Part shown: in pieces, positions 19,989 through 27,466 of the stretch
Layout of the letters: each line of letters begins with the position of its first letter
Position numbering within the stretch: the stretch's first letter is position 1
Virus record (IMG/VR): IMGVR_UViG_3300017708_002392
Span: 5,943-69,942 of that record
From: a virus
Strand: one strand, 5' to 3'
Length of the DNA: 64,000 nt
The notes under the pieces: model-generated
The model's database searches: none
What the model was told of the DNA's origin: nothing
What the model saw: only the letters and a program-made list of their open reading frames with translations
Made by a program: the position numbers and the translations under genes

Positions 19989-20155
19989 ATCATTTCATAA
20001 ATTACATAAACAAAAATACTCACCACAACAACTACAAGAGTAAAACTTAAAGATCGAATCAAGTCACCAAACCATATATAGGATAATATAGATATCCAAA
20101 ACATGCCAATCAGTTGCCAGATAATCGATTTATAAAATAACATTTTTTTATTCAT
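19964..20155 (-). CDS. small two-TM membrane protein
   Basis: 63 aa, two hydrophobic helices, C-terminal YEMIW. Confidence 0.65.
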   Translation of the reverse strand: MNKKMLFYKSIIWQLIGMFWISILSYIWFGDLIRSLSFTLVVVVVSIFVYVIYEMIWEKFTKK

Positions 20156-20780
20156 TTACTTTTCCTGCCACTTGTAAGAATTGATTGCGTGAAAAAAACT
20201 GTATGTCACGGCCCCATTCTTTACAAGCTAATAATTCATGATTCCAAACATTTTCCCATTTTGCTAAATCGGCCTTCTCAAAAGCATGAAACTGTCCAAA
20301 CACTATTATAGTGTCATTTGTAATGTTGTCATCCAATGCTTTCAAAATTTGTTGTGCTGATTTATAGTAGTTGGAATCTATATGCAAAAAACTTATTGGT
20401 TGGTTGTGTTGAGCAACAAAGTCTGGCAATGTGTTTTCAAACAATCCACTCCAAAATATTTGTGTGTCGTCTGATTCTGGAATAGTTTTAGCGGCAAGAT
20501 GCGGCCCAGTCTTTTCTGGTTCTACCAATCTTGCAAGTTGCAATGGCCACGGCAATCCAGTCCACGAGTCGAACCCATGCACCACGTCCGCATATTCTTT
20601 GATCACATTGAAAGTGTTTCTATCTCTCACGCCAAACTCTAAAAACAAGTTTTTTGTTGTGACCTGTTCTAGTGCGTATCTTAAATGTTGCACAACATCT
20701 TTGTTTGGAAATACTTTTATGTTAGAAATTGTATGATTTGCAAACCAAGTGTCTGCATCATTTTTTGATAATGGACCCAT
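20148..20780 (-). CDS. TylF/MycF-like sugar O-methyltransferase
   Basis: FLEFGV, HGFDSWTGLP, GLFENTLP, ISFLHIDSNYYKS, IIVF. Confidence 0.8.
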   Translation of the reverse strand: MGPLSKNDADTWFANHTISNIKVFPNKDVVQHLRYALEQVTTKNLFLEFGVRDRNTFNVIKEYADVVHGFDSWTGLPWPLQLARLVEPEKTGPHLAAKTIPESDDTQIFWSGLFENTLPDFVAQHNQPISFLHIDSNYYKSAQQILKALDDNITNDTIIVFGQFHAFEKADLAKWENVWNHELLACKEWGRDIQFFSRNQFLQVAGKVNE

Positions 20781-21171
20781 GTACTCTCACTCTTATGTGA
20801 CCGTTGTAGTAATCATCTGATTCCAGCACACCTCTAGCAAACTGTTCTTTTGCTTCAAGATAATTGCATTCGCCTTTGGATTTGCATAGATGAATTATTT
20901 CTCTTTTGAATTGTTCTTTGCCTAGTTTGTTCACATCTTCTGTTAGCAAGTCACTTGAACCATAATAGTCTTGCCAGTCACTTTCTACTGTGTGCCTGCG
21001 TTTGTTTTTCCTGCCTTTGAGTGGTGGCCTTGATCTTTTGAATTTGGCTAATTTTTTACCCACATACATTCGACCTGTGGTGGTGTTGGTTATGAGATAC
21101 ACAAACCCTACTACACCGTCAGGTAATGCTTCTACTGGTTCTCCTTGATATGTCCAATTGACTTTTGTCAT
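20758..21171 (-). CDS. stand-alone GIY-YIG nuclease domain protein
   Basis: GFVYLITNTTTGRMYVGKK...YYGSS...FKREI...YLE...YYN. Confidence 0.85.
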   Translation of the reverse strand: MTKVNWTYQGEPVEALPDGVVGFVYLITNTTTGRMYVGKKLAKFKRSRPPLKGRKNKRRHTVESDWQDYYGSSDLLTEDVNKLGKEQFKREIIHLCKSKGECNYLEAKEQFARGVLESDDYYNGHIRVRVHGSIIKK

Positions 21172-21193
21172 GCTTTATTTTATTATATACTAT

Positions 21194-21724
21194 ATGCATG
21201 ATGCCACACAACCAGTAATCGATAGTATTCTCCAGTGGATGGAAAAGTTTGTAGAAGTACCACATCCATCATTTGGTAACATGCCTCCATGTCCTTATGC
21301 ACGGCAATATCGAGTGCAAGACAAGATCAAAATTGTACAAGCACCTTTGCATGCCGGCAATCCGCCTGATATTTGGCAGACTGCTGAACAAGTGTTTGAA
21401 ACATGGAACGATGACTTTGAAGCCATTATTGTGGCACGTGAAAACGTGGCCCGTCAATATAACAGTGCAGAAATGGTATCGGCTCAAATTACAGAATTAA
21501 ATGACAAATACAAATCGAAAGATTTAGTTGCCTTGGAAGATCATCCAATGGATCCCGAAGAGATTGACGGCGTACAAATGAACCATGGCGGTTTAATTCT
21601 TGTTGTGATTCAACGTTTGAGCAAGATAAACAAACACTCAGAGATGCTTAGAGGTGGAGAATACTACGACAAGTGGTCAAAAGAGAATTTAGATGATGTA
21701 GTCAATTGGCGTTTTAAGAAATAG
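21194..21724 (+). CDS. DUF1415-like hypothetical protein
   Basis: Likely start MHDATQ at 21194; WMEKFVE...PPCPYA and DHP motifs recall DUF1415. Confidence 0.55.
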   Translation: MHDATQPVIDSILQWMEKFVEVPHPSFGNMPPCPYARQYRVQDKIKIVQAPLHAGNPPDIWQTAEQVFETWNDDFEAIIVARENVARQYNSAEMVSAQITELNDKYKSKDLVALEDHPMDPEEIDGVQMNHGGLILVVIQRLSKINKHSEMLRGGEYYDKWSKENLDDVVNWRFKK

Positions 21725-21902
21725 ACTTCAATGCTTCTAATTTGTCCATAGCTGTTGCAAGTACATCCAATTTCTTTTCAGCAGTGGCAACATAATCAAT
21801 ATGTTCTGCAACACCTATCTGCTTTTCTAAAAAAATATTAAGATCTACTTTGGCAACTTCTATATCGCCTTCTAGTTTTTTTATTAGTGCTTCTTTAATC
21901 AT
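21714..21902 (-). CDS. small hypothetical protein
   Basis: 62 aa with IGVAEH motif; overlaps the upstream ORF. Confidence 0.75.
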   Translation of the reverse strand: MIKEALIKKLEGDIEVAKVDLNIFLEKQIGVAEHIDYVATAEKKLDVLATAMDKLEALKSIS

Positions 21903-22086
21903 AACTTATCTCACAAAAAAATTCAAAACCTGTTAGACCAGGTTCATCTATAAATGTTTTGACTATTTCTACTTTGTTTTCATAGATATAATCTTCGCAT
22001 GTTGCCAATGTATCGAATTGAATCGGCAAATCTGTAATTGTAATAAATCCGGCATACACATACATTATACTCATAAACCAATACAT
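21895..22086 (-). CDS. small hypothetical protein
   Basis: 63 aa with hydrophobic N-terminus and F.TLATC motif; AAGGAG SD. Confidence 0.7.
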   Translation of the reverse strand: MYWFMSIMYVYAGFITITDLPIQFDTLATCEDYIYENKVEIVKTFIDEPGLTGFEFFCEISYD

Positions 22087-22181
22087 ACAGTCTCCTTTTT
22101 GCTATTGCAAACTATTTGCAATACGTGTTTCACAAGAAAAGGAAACACATGGTTTCCTTCTTAATTGTACTTATAAAAAAT

Positions 22182-22859
22182 TTACAATTGGATCTTGAAA
22201 TCAATATCCTTTTGAATAGCCTCTTTGTAAGTATCTGTGTCGTCACTCCAGTCTTTCCCGTTCCACCATTCAAATCCAGGTATGGATGCTTTCCATTTGC
22301 AAGATTTATCGTAACTGGCTCCTAGATAGAACCATTCATAACCTAGTTCATGTGCATGATGTATTTCGTGCCACAGACTGTATTTGCCCAGTTGCAGTTT
22401 GAAGTCAGCATAGTTCCATGCCATTTGCCAGTTGTCTAAACTTTTGCTGTAAGTGGTCCAAATGGAAAATCCTATTAGATCATTTTTCAATCTGTACAAC
22501 CACACAGTGTCTGCATGGCCAATGTCTTCTAGTGGGTTTGGTTCCAACATGGTATATCCGTGATGATCAAGATATGCTTCATATACAGGCATCAATTGAG
22601 GCATCATTAATTTTGCTTCCAGACCATAAATTTTTTCAGCAATTATGTCAGGGTCAGTTTTTGGTTTCTTTGCTTTTTTGATAAATTTTTCTATGTTGAT
22701 TCTCACTACACGAACTTGTTGCCATGCATCTTCTAATTGTATAAAACCTTGTGCCAATGCTTCGTCTGATTCCTGGGGATGTACGTCTGCCCACACTCTC
22801 ATAAATTGTATGTCTTGTTGATCCAGTTTGCCAAATAAATGTTCATACCAAATTTTCAT
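22182..22859 (-). CDS. aminoacyl-tRNA-protein transferase-like (ATE1/Bpt C-terminal GNAT-like) protein
   Basis: Likely start MKIWY at 22859; WNY...LQLGKYSLWHEI.HA.ELGYEWFYLG.SY..S..WK resembles ATE_C; EALAQGF resembles ATE_N. Confidence 0.7.
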   Translation of the reverse strand: MKIWYEHLFGKLDQQDIQFMRVWADVHPQESDEALAQGFIQLEDAWQQVRVVRINIEKFIKKAKKPKTDPDIIAEKIYGLEAKLMMPQLMPVYEAYLDHHGYTMLEPNPLEDIGHADTVWLYRLKNDLIGFSIWTTYSKSLDNWQMAWNYADFKLQLGKYSLWHEIHHAHELGYEWFYLGASYDKSCKWKASIPGFEWWNGKDWSDDTDTYKEAIQKDIDFKIQL

Positions 22860-22876
22860 GTGTAAGTATCCTGTAT

Positions 22877-23224
22877 ATGGATATCTATCACATTTTTGCA
22901 GATCACCATCCTGAAGTGGATTCATATGAATTTGCTGACAAGATGAGAGCATTTCTAGATGGCATGGTGAGTCTAGGAAAAATGCAAAGTTACAGATTGA
23001 CCAGAGCCAAACTGGGATTTCGTTCTATGGATCTTCCAGAGTTTCATGTGATGATGGAATTTGAAAACATGCAACAACTGGATGACGCAATGACTTCTGT
23101 GTTACGCAACGAAAAAAGTATTGACGAAAAACATGTCAACTTCAATCAATTGGTTGATGGTGAAACCATACAACATTTTCTATATAGAGACTTTCCGGAT
23201 CAGATCGACGACAGTAAATCTTAG
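22877..23224 (+). CDS. DUF6614-like dimeric alpha/beta-barrel protein
   Basis: MDIYHI...YRLTRAKLGF...EFHVMMEF..MQQLD.A...LYRDFPD; family recalled from memory. Confidence 0.6.
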   Translation: MDIYHIFADHHPEVDSYEFADKMRAFLDGMVSLGKMQSYRLTRAKLGFRSMDLPEFHVMMEFENMQQLDDAMTSVLRNEKSIDEKHVNFNQLVDGETIQHFLYRDFPDQIDDSKS

Positions 23225-23235
23225 GTCGGTATAAT

Positions 23236-23570
23236 ATAGTTGTGCAAGGCAATCAAGGCACTTCAAAAAAAATCTTAGGCAACATAACGTCTCCGAACAC
23301 AGCGAACTACTCTGTAACAACAGCGGCGAATCGCTTGACGTCTAATATTCATACGGTATCTACGTTTACCACCGCGTAGTGTAAAAAAAGCGAGACCATA
23401 GGTTGGTATAATCCTCCGTTGCAACAATGTCTCTGGATGCTTGGCTGTGCGACTCACATCAAGAAAAACATTCACCTGGCAACAGGTGGATACTGACTTA
23501 ACAATCTACATCAAGCAACGGCATTTTAAAATGCTCGAGTGCAAACGAAGAGCGATTGACGTAGTCAATC
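23236..23570 (+). ncRNA. candidate structured non-coding RNA (or origin-like element)
   Basis: ~335 nt with no credible ORF, downstream of TATAAT (23230-23235); several hairpins, a GCAA tetraloop and G-U pairs that favour the + strand. Confidence 0.5.
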
Positions 23571-23571
23571 T

Positions 23572-23799
23572 TTACTTGTCGTCCACTTTGTGAGCATCAT
23601 ACTCACTCATAAAATCATTCAATGTTATATCCGCACGTCTTAGATCTGTGTGTTTTTCAAAAAAGTCAAACAGCAAATTTGCACACTCTTTGGGAGAATG
23701 TGTCATCAACATCTTTTGTAGCACATAGTTGGTTTTGTTTCTGCGTTGTTCAGTGTTCAACACCGCATGTTTGGGAACAGGAGCAAAGTCGTTCTTCAT
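23572..23799 (-). CDS. hypothetical protein
   Basis: 75 aa ORF between the non-coding element and 23842..24282. Confidence 0.65.
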   Translation of the reverse strand: MKNDFAPVPKHAVLNTEQRRNKTNYVLQKMLMTHSPKECANLLFDFFEKHTDLRRADITLNDFMSEYDAHKVDDK

Positions 23800-23841
23800 A
23801 GTAGTAGCTATATTAACTGTGTTCCCTATTAAGTTGTAGTA

Positions 23842-24282
23842 TTAAAAATTTTGTTTCTTCTTGGCAAACTGTTTGCCGAACCCGCCACCTTTTAGGCCTT
23901 TATTTTTGAACTCTTTTTCTTTGGCGTTGATCTGATCAATCATTTGCGACAACAATCCACGCACATATTTAGAGTTGGGTTTTCCATTTTGCACAATTTT
24001 GTCTGGTTCAACATTCAAGCCAAAACTTTTGATACCTGCCTTTTTGCCCACTTCTTCGGCCCAATCAGCAAAAAATGGAGCCACTGCTATGTCAGGATTA
24101 TCATTCAACTTTGCATTAAGTTTTTTGTTGAAATCATTCAACATGGTTTCCATGTCTTGCAATTTTGCTGTGAGTGGAATGGGTCCCTTTAGTGTATCTC
24201 CAGCTTGCCCAATACCTTGTGCGGCTCTGCCTAGTGCGGCACCAACTCTGGGATCATATTCAAATAGGTCTAATAGTTTCAT
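23842..24282 (-). CDS. putative internal head protein
   Basis: TATAAATA late promoter 5 nt upstream; N-terminus MKLLDLFE resembles a gp21-cleaved propeptide. Confidence 0.6.
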   Translation of the reverse strand: MKLLDLFEYDPRVGAALGRAAQGIGQAGDTLKGPIPLTAKLQDMETMLNDFNKKLNAKLNDNPDIAVAPFFADWAEEVGKKAGIKSFGLNVEPDKIVQNGKPNSKYVRGLLSQMIDQINAKEKEFKNKGLKGGGFGKQFAKKKQNF

Positions 24283-24290
24283 ATCAATAT

Positions 24291-24521
24291 TTATAGTAAA
24301 GGCATTTTTGTAGTCTTAGTAAGCTCTATGTTGTCTTTTACAAGTTCAGCCATCATGGATCTATCGTCAGGTCCTAGCAAAAATGCTGTATTATAGTCCA
24401 ACGATCCACGCATGTACCAACACAGTTTGATCAGATCATTCTTGAAATTTTTGTTTGTGTTTTCTAGTTCTTTGAAATATTCTTCCAGTTCAGAAGGCGA
24501 GAGAGTTAGGATCTTGATACG
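24291..24521 (-). CDS. gp51-like baseplate/tail chaperone frame, probably reached by -1 frameshift from gp26 (not in ORF track)
   Basis: 76 open codons RIKILTLSPSELEEYFKELE...LCWYMRGSLDYNTAFLLGPDDRSMMAELVKDNIELTKTTKMPLL* begin directly at T-TTT-TTC; first ATG only at 24413. Confidence 0.7.
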   Translation of the reverse strand, partial: RIKILTLSPSELEEYFKELENTNKNFKNDLIKLCWYMRGSLDYNTAFLLGPDDRSMMAELVKDNIELTKTTKMPLL

Positions 24522-25369
24522 AAAAAATTGGAGTTATCCATGGAGATAGGTTGTTCAAAACTTTTAGGTGCTCCTTTTTCTATCTGTTCTTTGGTTGGAG
24601 TTATTGTGATAGGCTGTATTTTGCCGATTCCTTTTTGTGCATCTAATCTTTTCTTAATCAAGTCTGCAGTAGCTCCATCCATGTTGTCTACAAATTCTTC
24701 GATGTACACACGATCAGTGATGGTCTGGCCATCTGCGGTCACTTCAAGTATAGATTCTTTCATGTTTGCTAGAGTCAAATCAGTCATATGGCCAAATATC
24801 TCTGCAAATTTTTCCTGTTTTTGTGATGCATTTAATTCATTGGTATCAATCACTTGTGAAATAATTCTTTGTTGCTCAAAAGTGCGTAATTGCAAATTGG
24901 TAAGTTGTCTATAACTCATTGGTTTGATTTTGAATGAAACATCTTTGGCAGGCACATATCCATCAAATTTTGTTTTATCAATTTTGTCTCCTGCTGTACG
25001 CAGATCGACATTGTAGGTCACTTTATCTTCGGTATTAGGAACAGTAACAGTTATATCCATCATGTGTCCATAAGTTGCAATTCTGATGGCAATCATTACA
25101 GAGTCTAAATCCAACACCGGCATCATCCACGGATCTTGTATGCCTGGCACACATGATCGGATAACATTCACTGTGGATTCTCCGTTGAGCAGTGCATCAG
25201 GTGTGTTCATGGTCATTTCATCTTTTGCAGTCATTGGATACACAGCAAGTTCTTTCTCATTGTCAAACACCAATGCTCCTTGCGGATACCAATCGCCACC
25301 AGATGGTAAAGTTGTGTATATTGCTGGTTGCCTAAAGAACTTAGCTAATGGGTTCTGTGGATTGGTCAT
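24506..25369 (-). CDS. gp26: baseplate hub assembly chaperone, gp26-like
   Basis: NPL..FFRQPAIY..LPS.G, V.PMTAKDE, DLDSVMIAIRIATYG and C-terminal NFF. Confidence 0.8.
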   Translation of the reverse strand: MTNPQNPLAKFFRQPAIYTTLPSGGDWYPQGALVFDNEKELAVYPMTAKDEMTMNTPDALLNGESTVNVIRSCVPGIQDPWMMPVLDLDSVMIAIRIATYGHMMDITVTVPNTEDKVTYNVDLRTAGDKIDKTKFDGYVPAKDVSFKIKPMSYRQLTNLQLRTFEQQRIISQVIDTNELNASQKQEKFAEIFGHMTDLTLANMKESILEVTADGQTITDRVYIEEFVDNMDGATADLIKKRLDAQKGIGKIQPITITPTKEQIEKGAPKSFEQPISMDNSNFFVSRS

Positions 25370-25419
25370 GTTTTATACTCCATAAATACTTACTATAACA
25401 ATATTTATGTGCGTATAAA

Positions 25420-27426
25420 ATGGCTGGATTTAAAGAGATTAACATAGAAGACATATCGGTCAAGGTCCCTGATCAGGGATTTGCATCTGAAGAAACTCTA
25501 CAAGAATTGGTAAGAGCACTGGGTGGTCGTACTGCTGGCGGTGGTGCCGCTGCCGGTGGAGCCAAGGCAATGGCCGGAGCCACAAAAGGAGCGGGCAAAG
25601 ATGTAAAAGCATTTGGTAAGTCTTTGTACAAAATGAATCCTGCTCTTACAGCTTTGGAAACTGGTTTCAATTTGCTAGGCAACACAATTACTGGTACAAT
25701 GGGTTTGATAAAGTCGATGGCCACAATGGATGGCAGTTTTGAATCTTTGAATTCGGTAGTGGATTTTGGTGTTGACCAAATCACAAAATTTACATCAATG
25801 ATTCCTATATTGGGTGGGTTGCTGACAGCGGCAGCTGAAACCACCGGAGAAATGATGAAGTTAAGATTAGCATTCATGCAACTTCAACAAGAATCATTCC
25901 AAAAATTAGCAGACACAGGTTTGAGACTGAGCGGTCCTCAAGGTTTAGGAGGAACTCTTGAAACAGCACTTAGAGCCAACATCAGTATAGAAACGTTTGG
26001 AAATTTGGTGATGGAAAATGCTGATGGGTTGAGAATATTTGGTGGAACAATCAACAACGCGGCAGCCACTTTCGCCACTCGTTTAAAAGCTTTAACTGAT
26101 CAAAACTCTGAAGTAGGCATGGGGTTACGGATGCTGGGTATGAATTCAACTGCGATTGCTGAAGAGTTCACTGATTTTGTTACAACAAACAGATTGAACT
26201 CTGCATTGATGACAGGCGGTGAAAAGCAGTTGAATAATGAATTGTTGAAACGTTCCAAGAATGAAAGAATTATTGCTGAATTGACCGGCAAGAACATCAA
26301 AGAACAACGTGCGGCACAAATGGCAGCTGTGGCCGATTCTGCCTTCCAGGCAGCTATAGCAGGCATGGGAGAAGAGGGGGCAGAGTTGACCACGTTTGTG
26401 GCAGGATTGCCGGGACCAATAGGTGATGCTGTGAAACAGATTATTGCATTTGGCACAGTGACAAATGAGGAGTCAGCAAGACTGATAGCAACTATACCAG
26501 GGTTGAGAGAAACACTGGAAAACAATATTGAAGGTATCAAAAGCGGCAATGTCAGTTCAAGCAAAGCAGTGGCAGACACAATCCAATTGGGGCAGAATGC
26601 AATTGAAGACGGCAACGGATTGTTCCTAGCAAAACTTGCCATGATTGATCCTGCCTTCCAAGCAGTGGCGGATTTCATCATGCAAGGTAGAGCATCGTCA
26701 ATACAGTTGAAAAATATCAACGACGTGTTAGACGAAAGTTTCACTGATCTCGGTGACGCTCAGGCAGCCTTCAATACAGCACATGAGTCGCAACTTAAAA
26801 CAGCAGAAGATTTAGCTAGGACAGGCAAATTAACTGAAGAAAGACTTAGAGAAGAAGGCATTACAGATGACAAGACAATTGCCATATTGTTGAATGCAGT
26901 GAAAGTGGAAGATGCTGTGGGATCGTTTCAAGCAGGTTTGTTTGGAGCAGTCAACAACCTTGATTTGCTTGATGTTGCAATCGATGGACTGATAGACACA
27001 ATGAATGATGCAATAAGGATGATTGATCCCAACTATGTAGGCCCGAATGAGTACAGGAAAAACAATAGCAATAACGATTTGTCTTTAGATGAACTACAGA
27101 ATATGGCAGGAGCCGCTGAAAACGGTTTGATGAATGCTGGGTTTATGAATGAATTCCGTGTCAATGAAGCCAAGAAGGAATTAATAGCAAGTGGAGTAAG
27201 CGAAAGGAGAGTTAACAGTGCAGGTGATGACATGACACCTAATCAGATCAAAGAATATGATGACAATATGAAAAAGGTAGTAGAGAATAGTGGATACACA
27301 AATGACCCACTAGGGTATAATGATAAAGTAGACATGACAACTACTAATGACTTATTGATTGATGTCAATAAAAATATCAAAAAACTCCATACAGTAATCC
27401 ACCCAGGCCTAATGGAAAAAAAGTAA
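25420..27426 (+). CDS. tape measure protein-like
   Basis: 668 aa, Ala/Gly/Leu-rich helical protein with ASEETL N-terminal motif; lies between gp26 and portal. Confidence 0.7.
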   Translation: MAGFKEINIEDISVKVPDQGFASEETLQELVRALGGRTAGGGAAAGGAKAMAGATKGAGKDVKAFGKSLYKMNPALTALETGFNLLGNTITGTMGLIKSMATMDGSFESLNSVVDFGVDQITKFTSMIPILGGLLTAAAETTGEMMKLRLAFMQLQQESFQKLADTGLRLSGPQGLGGTLETALRANISIETFGNLVMENADGLRIFGGTINNAAATFATRLKALTDQNSEVGMGLRMLGMNSTAIAEEFTDFVTTNRLNSALMTGGEKQLNNELLKRSKNERIIAELTGKNIKEQRAAQMAAVADSAFQAAIAGMGEEGAELTTFVAGLPGPIGDAVKQIIAFGTVTNEESARLIATIPGLRETLENNIEGIKSGNVSSSKAVADTIQLGQNAIEDGNGLFLAKLAMIDPAFQAVADFIMQGRASSIQLKNINDVLDESFTDLGDAQAAFNTAHESQLKTAEDLARTGKLTEERLREEGITDDKTIAILLNAVKVEDAVGSFQAGLFGAVNNLDLLDVAIDGLIDTMNDAIRMIDPNYVGPNEYRKNNSNNDLSLDELQNMAGAAENGLMNAGFMNEFRVNEAKKELIASGVSERRVNSAGDDMTPNQIKEYDDNMKKVVENSGYTNDPLGYNDKVDMTTTNDLLIDVNKNIKKLHTVIHPGLMEKK

Positions 27427-27430
27427 ATAG

Positions 27431-27459
27431 TTGCAATAAGGAACAAAATCAGGTATAAT
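27431..27459 (+). promoter_or_regulatory. sigma70-type promoter of the portal gene (probably leaderless)
   Basis: TTGCAA-17-TATAAT, 7 nt before ATG 27467; a TAAATA also lies at 27424. Confidence 0.6.
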
Positions 27460-27466
27460 ACAACAT

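Noticed and set aside
23275-23475. 66-aa minus-strand ORF inside the non-coding element
   Set aside because: Arg-rich, atypical composition, no ATG start or SD, and it overlaps the predicted stems.
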